Positions 40,522 through 53,149 of a stretch of DNA of 64,000 nt are shown in pieces; positions within the stretch are counted from its first letter, which is position 1, and every line of letters begins with the position of its first letter. The stretch is from assembly GCF_006345805.1 (NCBI RefSeq), contig NC_043000.1:8246001-8310000 (forward strand), given 5' to 3'. The notes beneath the pieces were generated by a model that did not search any database, was not told the DNA's origin, and saw nothing but the letters and a program-made list of their open reading frames with translations. This DNA comes from Octopus sinensis (Eukaryota). The position numbers and the translations under genes were made by a program.

Positions 40522-40666
40522 AATTTTATTGAACCTATAATCTATAAATGAGCTCTAGTTTCATGCAAAAAAAGAAAATTAAAATTGACTGTTTAGTTAA
40601 GCTGCTCTCATTGCAAATGTATTTATTATTGTAATGATCCTATTTCCATTATCATCATTATTATTA

Positions 40667-40711
<45 letters not shown>

Positions 40712-40734
40712 GTAGTAGTAGTAGTAGTGGTATC

Positions 40735-41085
40735 AAGGTTGTCAGCTGGCAGAATCATTAGCGCATCAAACAAAATGCTTTGCGTCATTTCTCCAAGCTC
40801 TTTATGTCCTGGGCTCAAATCCTGCTGAGGTCAATTTTACTTTTCATCCTTTTGTGGTCGATGAAATAAAGTACATCATCATGATCGTTTAACGTCCGTT
40901 TTCCGTGCTAGCATGGGTTGGACGGTTCGACCGGGGTCTGGGAAGCCAGGAGGCTGCACCAGTCTCCAGTCTGATCTGGCAATGTTTCTACAGCTGGATG
41001 CCCTTACCAGTTAAGTAATTGGGTCAAAGTAATCAACTTGCCCCCTCTACTCAAAACTGCTGGCCTTGTACCAAACTTACAAGGG
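40735..41085 (+). mobile_element. SINE family A split by an antisense RTE tail (40875-41005)
   Basis: ..ggtcgatgaaataaagtac | atcatcatgatcgtttaacgtcc..ggatgccct | taccagtt. Confidence 0.85.
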
Positions 41086-41100
41086 TTTATTATTATTATA

Positions 41101-41130
<30 letters not shown>

Positions 41131-41132
<2 letters not shown>

Positions 41133-41673
41133 CCCACCTTTGCAAGGCAAAGCGGTTGGTGTTCCTCTGCCTAGTGGCTATGGCAAAAGAAGTCGTGTTG
41201 TGGACAAGGCTGAAATGAATCATGGAAGATACCTTAATCTTTGGTCAAGCCCTCATCGACTTTTCAAGTTCCACTTTGAAAGAAAAGTGAGGATGGAGAG
41301 GGAAGTGCTGCCTCTCAGTGAATTCGTGAAAAGGTGGGTGACTGTAGCAAAAATAGTTAGAATGAATAATGGCCCTACTCTAAGTTAGCACCTGTAGATG
41401 GGAGAGGAACTGTCGGGAGAGGGCTCGTGCTTTTGGTGGTCAGGGTAATCCTGGATCTGTAGGGGTTCCTTGATTGGTCTTAGCTGAAGTTTCTCCTGTA
41501 TCAAGAGGACTACATTATTCATATTATCACATATTTTGTATATTATGTATACTTTTATTGCATTTTCCATTTTTCTCACCATCCTTCATGTAAATCTCCA
41601 CACAAATTGTTGACCGTCATTGTGATGTCCTCCTCTATGGCTAATAAAAGAAATTATCACTATTATTATTATT
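41131..41673 (+). mobile_element. 5'-truncated Tx1/L1-clade LINE (ORF2 C-terminus plus 3' UTR)
   Basis: Reads FLCLVAMAKEVVLWTRLK*..ALIDF / FKFHFERKVRMERE..EFVKRW across one frameshift, stop at 41388, AATAAA at 41643, (ATT)n tail. Confidence 0.65.
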
Positions 41674-41888
41674 AAGGAGGTGAGCTGGTAGAATCATTAG
41701 CATGCTGGGTGAAATGCTTAACAATATTTCATCCGTCTTTATGTTCTGAGTTCAAATTCTGCTAAGGTCAGCTTTGCCTTTCATCCTTTTTGGGTCAATA
41801 AAATAAATACTAATTGAACACTGGGGCTGATGTATTTGACTTACCCCCTCCCCTAAACTTGCTGGTCTTGTGTCAAAATTTGAAACCA
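41674..41888 (+). mobile_element. SINE family A
   Basis: aaggaggtgagctggtagaatcattagc..gagttcaaattc..gcctttcatcc..aaatttgaaacc. Confidence 0.85.
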
Positions 41889-44334
41889 TTATTATTATTA
41901 TAATAATTGTTTATTTTGATGCCAGAATGAGTTTGTTGCTCTGCAGAATTGAATATTTCTATGCTTTTCTCACTAACACCTTAAAGATAGATTCTCCATC
42001 TAAACCATATGAAAGCACCATTTCTCCAAAAAGAGAGAATATATAATAAGAATATCTAATTTTTAATATTTGTTCAGAACTATGCATTTTGATAAAAAGT
42101 ATAGTTGATTACATTGACTTCATCTACCCAACCTGCAGTTACCTGGTACTTTATTTTGCCAACCTCAGAAAAATGGACAATATATATGACCACAGTGAAA
42201 TAATTAAAACCTAATATGTTTAAGTGTGAAAATGTAATTCTTTTTTATGATTGTAATGCATATTCAATAACTGAAATGAAATTGCTAGCTCTTATTGCAT
42301 TATTGAAATAATTAGTAATTAAATGAATGAAAGTTTGTGAAATGCATATTTAAGTATTAACCAGGCAAATACATCTACTTAGACACAGACGAAGGGGAAT
42401 AAGATTATTATTATATCCTATTAAAATTAATTATTTTGTCAGTTTTTTTCCCCTCATTTCCTTTGCATTGATTTGACATCAGGCATCGTTGTCATCATAA
42501 TCATCATTATTGTCGTTGTCGTCATCATCATCTTTTAACGTTCACTTTTCCTTGCTTGCTTGCGTCAGACTGCATTTATTGAGGCAGACTGTCTATGGCC
42601 AGACGCCTGTCTTCTTACAAGAGACCTCAAGAGTTTCCAAGGTCATTTTCCCCCATGACTGGACATATTTTCACTGTAGATTGGAACACTTCTGCGACAT
42701 GACATCCATTGACAACTATCATGCAATAATCAAGACGAGGAGTCACAAACAGACATGCACATACACATATATAAATTTATGTACACACACATACACATAT
42801 ACTTTATATATAATCATCACTTTTTAATAGTCTTTTCATGTTTCCATGGGTCAGATGGAATTTGTCGAAGCAGATTTTCCATGGTCAGCTACCCTTACTG
42901 TTGCCAACTCTCTCCTGTTTACAAGTAAGGTAATATTTTCCTAAGACCTGACATATTTTCTCGGCAGATTGGAAACGAAGGACACTGCTTGCCTGACAGT
43001 AACACTTGCTTATAACTGTCATGTGACGTCAAGGCAAAGAGACAGTGATACAAACACACACACAGACGAACACACACAAACACACACACACACATATATA
43101 TATATAAATATATATATATATGACAGGTTTCTTTCAGTTTCTATCTACCAAATCTACCCAGGCGGCATTGGTTGGCCTGATGCTATAGTAGAAGACAACT
43201 AACCCATGGTGGAACTGAACCTGAAACCACGTAGTTGGGAAGCAAACTTCTTGCCACATGGCTAAACCTGGTATATCATAATCCTCCTCCTCTTTCTATT
43301 TTCCATGTTGGAATTGGTTGGATGATATTTGATAGGCTTCTTTCAGTTTTCCTTATACCAAATCCACCTCAAAACGATTTTGGGTGGCCTGAGATTTTTA
43401 TAGAAAACGCTTGTTCAATGTGTCATCCAGAGGGTCCGAATGTGATCCCATGTCGTTGGGATGCAATATTCTTAACCACACAACAACACCTGCACAAAGA
43501 TGAATATTTACATTTTTATTCTTGTAGCAGAAAGATAAGCTTTTTCCATCTTGGAATAACCTTATATTTTTCAGTTTGATAGTCAACTGAAGTAAAATAC
43601 TTTGTTCACGATATCAGAATAAACTTTTTGACAGATTTTGAAATTAGTATCAGTTTCAACAGAATAAATATTTTAGATTTCGTTTTTGGATTTGGTTTGC
43701 AAGATTCTTTATATGAGTTCGTGTGTTGAACAGACACAACAAAATATTTTAGACATCAACTGATATTGAATTATGTATTAAATACTGGAAATTTTTTGTA
43801 GGGGTTGATGAATTCACAGAAATAATAAGTCCTCAAGTGAATTGAAAGTTGATAATTTTATAAATTTCTTTTGTGGGATTTATAAATATTAATGTACTTC
43901 AAATATTTTGTAACAGATAAATCGTTAAATTATAGGTTTTGTATGTATGTATGTATGTTTAATGAAGTATCAGTGAAAATAATTAATATTTCACTAGATG
44001 TCTGATCTTGACAACTAAGTCTGTAGAGCTTCCTTTTCTTTTTTTTGTTTTTGTCTGATTTGAACATAGTGACAATAAATTGGTTGAAAGTAAAAAAAAA
44101 GAATTCTATAATATTTATGAAGAAAATTTCTTTGTTGTTTCGATCGAAGTTCATTAGTATTTGAAGCCTCGTTAAGGCAAGTCCTGTCTCAGGTTATTGT
44201 TTGTTGAATTTACATTATTGGCTTACTTTTATATTATGTTGATGGTTTGTACTGATGATCAGATTTATTTAAAACACTTTTTTTGAGTCTTTCTAAGCCT
44301 AATTTGATTATGAAAACTGTTTCAACCTTTTGTA

Positions 44335-44896
44335 TTGGGTTGTCCGGAAAGTTTGTGCCGATTTTTAAAGGAAAGCAAAAGCTCAACACTTGCCATTACA
44401 TTTTTAATCAACCAAATATGAACCATGTTGTTGCACAATGCATCTCCATCTTTTCTTTAACTTGAAAATACCCTCTTCCCAGAACTGAGGTGGTTTCATG
44501 GCAAAGAATTCATCAAGGTATCTTTTTACGTCATCCAAGGAATTGAAATTTTTACCATTAAGACTATTCTGCAGAGACCTGAATAAGTGGAAATCCGAAG
44601 GAGCAATATCTGGTGAATATGGACAGTGGGGTAACACATCCCAGCTGAGCTGCAGCAATTTTTGTCTGGTTCCCAAAGCATCAAGTGCCGAAAATGAATT
44701 TTCTTATCTTCCATTTTAAAGGGTTACAGAATTAACACAGGTTATAGGAATATAAACCTTCTTCCACGTTAAGATAGCTTAAACTGTACTGTAAATGGAG
44801 GTGTAGTCAAATCCTATTTTATGGACTCAACCATGTTCTAAAATAAGTTGAAAGGTAAGCTGCTATAAATCGGCACGAACTTTCCAGACAACCCAA
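44335..44896 (-). mobile_element. Internally deleted mariner transposon (mellifera-like)
   Basis: ~30-bp TIRs TTGGGTTGTCCGGAAAGTTTGTGCCGATTT / AAATCGGCACGAACTTTCCAGACAACCCAA, with TA TSD at 44333-44334 and 44897-44898. Confidence 0.95.
44404..44714 (-). pseudogene. Mariner transposase remnant: N-terminal 14 aa fused out of frame to the C-terminal ~90 aa
   Basis: MEDKKIHFRHLMLW plus TRQKLLQLSWDVLPHCPYSPDIAPSDFHLFRSLQNSL..GIFKLKKRWRCIVQQHGSY (YSPDLAPSD motif carrying the third catalytic Asp). Confidence 0.92.
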
Positions 44897-45463
44897 TATT
44901 TTTGTAAGTTTGTCCTAAGTGTCCATTCTTCACTTCAGACTTTTAGTTAGCCCTTGTTTTATACTTTCTGAGTAAAATAAAGCTTTCCTTGTGTAAGTCC
45001 CAAGTTACACTATTGCATGAATGCTGGAGAAATATGTCCTTTGTAATACCTGTGTGACACAATACAAGGAAAAGGTTAATCTTTGTCTTTATTTTCTCCA
45101 TTTTCTTCACTGTTGTTGCTGTTTACCCTCAGGTCAGTGCTGGTCAAACAAACTTATGATAAAAGTCATTCTAGCCATGACAAAATTGTTTTTATTCAGG
45201 CAAAGCATAGTGTTATCCAAAGCGTTCATTATTTTTTGACAGTAAGGTGCAGGAGTTTTGGGCTGCTGTTTCTAGCAATTCATGTGGCTATGTAGAAGCT
45301 CCTCACAGTAGTTCAATTTTCCTCATTATGAATCTTATGCATTTTACTCTATCGCTGATTTTAGTTATTGGACTGCAGCCAAGCTGGGACACTGCCTCAA
45401 AGGGTTATGAGGACATAAACAAACAAACACTGGTTGTCAAATGATGTTAATGTAGGGACAAGA

Positions 45464-45496
<33 letters not shown>

Positions 45497-46335
45497 CTAC
45501 AGTTTCCATCTCTTACATTCTCTCATTAGGCATTGGCTGGCTACAGTAGGAACTACAGCAGGAGATACTTGTCCATGGTACCACACAAAGGAACTGAACC
45601 TGAAAACAAGTAGTTTTGAAGCAGGTTTCTTAATTACACAGCCATGTTTGCAGCTATCTGCAAATGACTAAAATATTAATTTAAGACAATTGTTTCTCAA
45701 ATTTTTACTTAGTATTTTTGGTGTGTTTCAGCTGTTTCACTTCACCTCCACCACCTCCACCACCACCACCACCACCACCACCACCATTATCATTATTATC
45801 AGAGAATGCTGAAGGCTGGGCTGACACGATTTGGAAAAACCAACCAGGAGGTCAGCTATTCATATCTTATTAGCAATGTCTCGTTTTGTTTTTGACCAGA
45901 GTACTTTACTCCCAATCCACATAACTCTTAAATAATGTGGGTTAATTTCATTCTCCATGATAATCAGAGGCAGCATTATGAAATTGCCAAATAATTCATT
46001 TGGCTTGCAAACTCTTCCCATGGGGGAAAAGAGAAAATACACAACCACACACACACATACACTCAATCTACCTGTGAATACCATTGTATTCAAAGGGAGA
46101 GATTTATCTCTTATTTACTCACTCATTCTATGAAAACTAGAGATAAGCAAAAGCCCTATTGATTCTTTGCATCTGGAAGAGGATTATCTATTTTAGCTTG
46201 ATCATCATCATCGCCACCCTCGCTGTCATCGTCATCATTGTCATCATTGTCATTGCCTTCATCGATGTCATTGTGCATTTTTAATAAGTACTGTTTGTAT
46301 GAAAATATCAAGATGTTCTTAATGTCCTTTTTCAG

Positions 46336-46414
46336 ATATTCTACCTAAAAACTGACCAAGGATACAAAAACAAAATTTGGATTAACCATTAAGCTGTGGA
46401 GATAAGATCAGCAG
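46336..46414 (+). other. Putative 79-nt internal non-coding (5' UTR) exon
   Basis: Acceptor TGTCCTTTTTCAG| preceded by a CTTAAT branch-like motif; donor CAG|GTATGT; no ATG and stops in all three frames. Confidence 0.55.
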
Positions 46415-46996
46415 GTATGTATATTTGTTTAAAGTTAGCCTCAATTAGTTGCACTATTTATCTCCACCCAACATTTCTTTTTGCTGCACCTACCTTTTAG
46501 TCTAGAACCAAAACACAAATTTATAATGTTATGTGATTCATGTAGTTCTTATCAAGAAATTTACTCTTATTCAGTTTGTAGAGTTTATGCAATTTGAGTT
46601 TTTATTTACTAAAGAATATCCTTCTGCCTGCAAGTTTTTTCTTTTTCTGATATCCAGTGACAAGAGAACATATTGTTATTAGTTGTTTAGTCCTCTGTCA
46701 GCTTTGACCAAGTGGACCTTCGAAGCTCCCCTTCACCCCACACACACAAAAAAGCAAATAGACAATCCAAATAAACTATTGTGTCCTTCTACAGCTACAT
46801 TTCTAATATATCCTTCCTATTCGTAGATGATTGAATGTGATTTAAATAAAACCTTAACTGCTATTTCAGATCCCTGCTGCCACTGGTCTAGTTTACTGGT
46901 ACCTTGTACAAGCTAGTACCTTGCATAGTACAGTGTTTATAAGCTTGTATCATATAAACTAATGTGTGGGTGCCTGTGTTTCATTTAATTGTTTAA

Positions 46997-47216
46997 CCCT
47001 TTAGCATTCACATTACTCCATCAAAAGCAATGCTTATTTATTCGTGTTATTTTGAATTAATCATGCATTATCACAAAGCTTTTTGATTTTGATGAAGTAA
47101 CAGTTAATTTTTAGAATGATATTGTAGGGTTGGTGCGAGAGGTCAGACCTGGTCAGTTTAGATATAAATCAGGTGGAATATTTTGGCTGGATATGGCCAG
47201 TTTAAATCCTAAAGAG
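46997..47216 (+). mobile_element. piggyBac-like MITE family A, complete
   Basis: TTAA|CCCTTTAGCATT ... AATCCTAAAGAG|TTAA. Other copies at ~26120-26331 and 34271-34495. Confidence 0.75.
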
Positions 47217-48840
47217 TTAAGTAAATAAAATATTTGTGGACCAAGGTAACCACCCCTGATTCGGAAAAAAAACCAATCTGGAATGGCCTTGGAATCAAAA
47301 GTTCTGGAAAATTGATGTTGTACCTGTATACACACACACACATTCACTCACAAAGAGTTTACCTGTCACTCATAAGAAAGTATGACCTTTTGACTTGTTT
47401 AAGGTGCCTACGTGGTTGTTAACAAGCCTAGACATCCTGATGTTGTATTTAGAAAAAGGGACCGAGCTTCTCTTTTAACTGACGTGGGATGAAAACAAAG
47501 CGAAACAAAAATGCAAAAACCCCAAAAGAAAACAAAACAAAAGTCTGTTGGAATTTAGATTATTGTAGCCATTTCATAACTTTCAAATGGTTCTCCTTTA
47601 TTTATCATCTGTCTTAGATCAAATATGAATGAATACAGGCTTCAGGGTAAATCGGCTTTATTTCAAAAGGATAACGTTTATGCATAGTAAAGATTGATTT
47701 GCTGCTATTGATTTTTGAGAAATCTTTGAGATATTGCTTTCCTGTGGTTTAGTATTTCTTAAGTTAGATGGTTAGCATTTCTAAGGCTACAACATATCGA
47801 TATTAGTATAGCTGCATAGCTAAGAAGTTTGCCATGCGGCTGTCTGGTTCTGCATTTAATCCTGTTGTGTGGAACGTTGGACAAGTGTCTTCTATCAAAA
47901 CTTCATGGAATTTGGTAAATGGAAACTGTGCAGAAGCCTATTGTATATATGCACATATCTTTCTTTTATTGTTTACCTTTTATTTGTTTTAATCATTGGA
48001 CTGTGGCCATGCTGGGGCTCCACCTTAACGAATTTTAGTTGAACAGATCAATCCCAGTACATATATTTTAAGTCTGTATCTGGTACTTACTTTTGATCCC
48101 CTTTGCCAAACAAACTGTTAGGCTATGAAGATGTAAACAAACCAGCACTGGTTGTCCAGTAGTGGTGGTAGACAAACACTGGCACAAAGAAACACACACA
48201 TACATTTATATGTGTGCCGGTGGCACATAAAAAGTATCATTCGAACGTGGCCGATGCCAGTGCCGCCTCAACTGGCTTCATGCCGGTGGCACGTTAAAAG
48301 CACCAACCGATTGTGGCTGATACCAGACTCCCCTGGCACCTATGCAGGTGGCACGTAAAAAGCACCCACTACACTCGCAGAGTGGTTGGCGTTAGGAAGG
48401 GCATCCAACTGTAGAAACACTGCCAGATCAGACTGGAGTCTGGTGCAGCCTCCTGGCTCCCCAGACCCCGGTTGAACCGTTCAACCCGTGCTAGCATGGA
48501 AAACGGACGTTAAATGATGATGATGATATATATATAAGTCACAATATATGCATTCAAATAATATGATAGTATTCATAAAAAATGCTCCTTGTGTGTCATT
48601 CTATAAAACAGAAAATATAGTATGATACAAGAGAAAATGGTACGTTGAGAATCTACTATTTAACAAAGACTTTCTTTTACCTGATTTTTTACATTTTGCA
48701 TTAATGCAGGTATGTAAGTAATTTAATTATTATTGAATATAATAACATAAATTATTTACATGCTCTTAAGTTACGAAACAATTTATCATGAAATTAGAAT
48801 TGTTAAATAAAATTCATCAAGCTATTTCTCTGTCATTTGT

Positions 48841-48877
<37 letters not shown>

Positions 48878-48884
48878 AACATAA

Positions 48885-50049
48885 GCACATAAGAGGTGCA
48901 GCAATATCAAAGGAAGGCTAACTGAGAAGGTAGTTTTTGTGTGTGGCAAATGCTCAGGAGCAATAAACACTGAAAATGTGCAGAAAACAGCTTCTGTCAC
49001 ATTTCCAGAGGGAAAAACTACAAGTAGTTGATATCTTCTGTTACCTTAGTGACCAAGTCAGTATGGATGCTCTGAAAGTGTATATGTTAGCATAAGAATA
49101 GCCTGGGCAAAGTTGAGAGAGCTCCTACCTCTGCTGATTACAAAAGGCTTCTTGCTTAGAGTAAAAGGTAACCTGTATGATGCATGTGTGCAAACAGCCA
49201 TGCTACATGGCAGTAAAACATGGGCCATGACTGCTGATGACATGCATAAGCCTGCAAGGAATGAAGCCAGTATGCTCCACTGGACGTGTATTGTCAGTGT
49301 GCATACACGACAGAGTGTAAGTGGCCTGAGAGAAAAGTTGGACTTAAGAAGCATCAGATGTGGTGTGTATGAGAGAGACTGCGCTGGTATGGTCATATGT
49401 TGCAAATAGATGAGGACAGCTGTGTGAAAAAGTGTTGCACCCTAGCAATAGAGGGAACCTGTGGAAGAGGTAGACCCAGGAAGACCTGGGATGAGGTGGT
49501 GGAGCACAATCTTAGAACATTGGGCCTCACCGAGGCAATGATAAGTGACTGAGACCTTTGGAGATATGCTGTGCTTGAGAAGACCCGGCAAGCCAAATGA
49601 GACCATAACTGTGGCCTGTGCCAGTGCCGCATAACCAGCCCATTTAAGAGTACCCTTCAATCATTGGACAATAAACTACGCTTGCGAAGACCTTTTGAGA
49701 CAAGTGAAATTGCTGATTGGCACCTGTGCCAGTGGCATGTAAAAAGCACCATTTGAGTGTGATCATTGCCAGTGTTGCCTGATTGGCTCCTGTGCCAGTG
49801 ACATGTAAAAAGCACTATTTGAGGTTGGTTGATGCCAGTACTGCCTGATTGGACCTCTTGCCGGTGGCATGTGAAAAGCACCCACTATGCTCTTAGAATG
49901 GTTGGCGTTAGGAAGGGCATCCAGCTGTAGAAACTCTGTCAAATCAGATTGGAGCCTGGTGCAACCTTCTGGCTCACCAGCCCTCAGTCAAACCATCCAT
50001 CCCATGCCAGCATGGAAAGCGGACATTAAATGACCATAATGATGATGAT
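48885..50049 (+). mobile_element. 5'-truncated RTE-clade LINE (ORF C-terminus, repetitive 3' UTR, GAT tail)
   Basis: FCYLSD, AWAKLRELLPLL..LYDACVQTAMLHGSKTW, LREKLDLRSI, LRWYGH, EGTCGRGRPRKTWDEVV, DLWRYAV, with frameshifts and stops. Confidence 0.92.
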
Positions 50050-50855
50050 ATATACAATATAATATAATATATATATATATATACATATGCAATATATATT
50101 TATATACAATGAACCTCCATACAGTTTCTGTCTACCAAATTCACTCACAAGTTTTAGTCAGCTTGAGGCTATAGTAGAAGACATTAGGTGGCAAGTAGTG
50201 GTGGTGGAGCACCTGATATCACATGGTTCCAAAGTGACCTGTTTAACTACTCAGCAATGCCTGTCAAAACTGTGTAAAAACTGGTGTGTTTTGGGGAAAT
50301 TCCTTTGCAGGAACAAAGCCTTTTGCACTGAATTACTGACATTCTTTATTCATTCTTGCCACCAAAAAGGCAGTGAATCAGAAATTAGCCTGTTCGAAGC
50401 CTGTTACCAAAGAAGTTCTTGTTCACCAGTTGTGATATAAAATAAATGAATATAAATATATATTAAAAATCATGTTCTGCTTCACGAAATAAAGGACTTT
50501 GATGGATTTTTGATAAAGGAAACAGTTTAGGGGATTGAACTTGCTTTATCAATGTTAATGCTTTGTTCTCTCACACAAACAGATCTCTGTTTAAAAGTTT
50601 TTTTTTATGCTATGCTAGAATGGGCAGGATTACTATGCAATTATTTGTATGAATTGTTCGCACAGTTGTTTATAGCTTGTTGCCCTTCCTTAGACTAATC
50701 ATTGAACTGTGAAGTGGTACCTATTTTCAGCTCAGTTAAAAATGCGATAAGTTGGGCTGTGTAGTTTGTCTAAAGATGATCAAAATATATCGTTAACTAA
50801 AACCACATCATGCGTATGCACACACACATACACTCACAAAAACATTTGTCTCTCT

Positions 50856-50912
<57 letters not shown>

Positions 50913-51044
50913 GCATACATACACATGCACACATGCCTATTGCCTATATATATATATACTCACATATACACTGATATAGAGATAAAGATTAATGTACATG
51001 CATATACACACACACACATGACCACACAAGTATGTATATATGTA

Positions 51045-51093
<49 letters not shown>

Positions 51094-52882
51094 TCATCTG
51101 CACATGTGTACAATATATATGTTTATAGACATATACATATACATGCACAAAAAAACCCCATGTATATGTTTACCTATACATACCTAAGTGTGAAGTAACT
51201 TGATGCTACTCCTAAAAATAATATAGGGAGCTGCTACATTTTTCACCCTTTTTTTTTAAAGAGCTCCCTCAAATAGAATACAAAATATAGGTACATTGCT
51301 GGTGTTGTAGGGAAGCTCATTTCAAATTTTAGATCACAACTACTAGTTGGTTGTGTCAAGGTATCTCTGTAGGATGAAACAAGATCAGAAATAATAGAAT
51401 CAAAGCTAACAGCAAATGCTACAATCAAGTTCCCAAGTAGCATGGAATGTGATATTATTTTGCATTTGCTCTTTTATTTTCTTTTTGTTTTTGCTGTATT
51501 TTCTATTCAGAAAAAGATAAATTAATTGTTTTCTAGCTTTCTATAATTCTGTTTGACTCTTTTGTTACCTAATTTCTGTTGAAAAATATGGACTTTGATT
51601 TAATTAATTTTGAAAACAGTGAGGAGTTTAGTAAAATAATTTTGTCATTATTAAGCTGATATTTGAAACATAAACTAGAATTTTGATGGAAGATTTTAAT
51701 TAAGTCGCTTTAAAATAGAAGTTTGTATTCAAAATGAAGGCTGTCCTCAAGAAATTCATATCATAAAACCAAGGGTGGCTTCAGGTGGTTTGGTATCAAA
51801 AAGGTTAAATATTTATTCTCTGACAGTTTTTTGATGTTTTGAAGAAGCTTAAAATATTTTGATAACTTTGAACATCAGGATGTAAAAACAAATGGTCAGT
51901 TTAAATAAACAAAGCAATCATTGACAGACCAGAATTAATAAACAAGGCACTGTTTTAAAACATAATAATAAGCACAGGTGTAATTTTGTGGTTGAAGAGC
52001 TTACCTCCTAGCTATGTGATCTCAACTTGTTGTCCTCCCTTCTTAGCTTGTTGCATTCGATCTTTTTTGCTGTAGTTTCTGTACAAAAAAAGATAAAGTA
52101 ATTGTTTTCTAGCTTTCTATGCTTCTGTTTAACTCTTTTCTCACTATATTTCTGTTGAAATAATCTACTTTTGTTTCTATAAATTTTGATAATAATGAAG
52201 AGTTAAGCAAAATAATTTTGTCACCTTGAAGTTGGTGTTTTGGAATATAAGTTAACATGAAATTTTGATGGGAGGTTTTAATTTAAATGTTTTTAAACCA
52301 AGAAGTTTGTATCATACAACCAAGGCTGACCTCGGTGTACATCCAAGATCAACAGATCAACCAAAACCTTGTGAGTGAATTTGGTAACATGTAAGTGTGT
52401 GTGTGTAACCTTGTTTTGACATCATGTTAAGGTTGTAAATGACCATCACTGTTATATAAGTGGTGTTGTTTATTCCCAGTCTTCTTTGAAAAATGTCTGG
52501 TCATGGAGTAATGAAAAGCATCTGGCTGTAGAAAATGTCTCAGTGGATTACATCTGACCCATACAAGCATGGAAAAGTGGATGTTAAAATGATGATGATG
52601 ATGATGGCGATATCGTAATACCAGTAATATAGCACAACCCAAATATTACTCATAAGTTCAGTACTTTACCCCAGGCCATTGTGTGATGTCAAGGCAAGGG
52701 GATATAAGCGCACACACTATATATATACACACACACACACACATATATATATATTAATTATATATATACACACACATGCATATATATATGTAATATATAT
52801 ATATACACACACACATATATATATACATACACATACACATATATATGCCCCCCCACACACACATATCTATAAATATATGTGA

Positions 52883-53050
52883 CAGTTAGATGGTTGTCAT
52901 AATAAAACTCTGAGTTTCAGATGCTGGGGCTGAAGTCTGCTCTGGCATCCAAAACTCTGAGTTTTATTATGACAACCAACTAATTGGCATATATTATATT
53001 TATTATATTTATAGATAAATTCCTCTATTTACATAATATTGAGGCCTTGT
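52883..53050. repeat. 104-bp fold-back (48-bp arms) and adjoining repeat-like tail
   Basis: TGGTTGTCATAATAAAACTC pairs perfectly with GAGTTTTATTATGACAACCA; 8-nt loop at 52931-52938. Confidence 0.85.
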
Positions 53051-53078
53051 TCATTTTTTCGTTGTCATATTATTATTA

Positions 53079-53141
<63 letters not shown>

Positions 53142-53149
53142 GTATATAT

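Noticed and set aside
45731-45850. Possible exon with (CCA)n and ATG-LKAGLTRFGKTNQE
   Set aside because: Weak donor (GAG|GTCAGC) and microsatellite content; unsupported.
49715-49885. Regularly spaced GGCATGTAAAAAGCAC repeats (CRISPR-like look)
   Set aside because: Internal tandem units of the RTE 3' UTR with homologous spacers in eukaryotic DNA; no cas genes.
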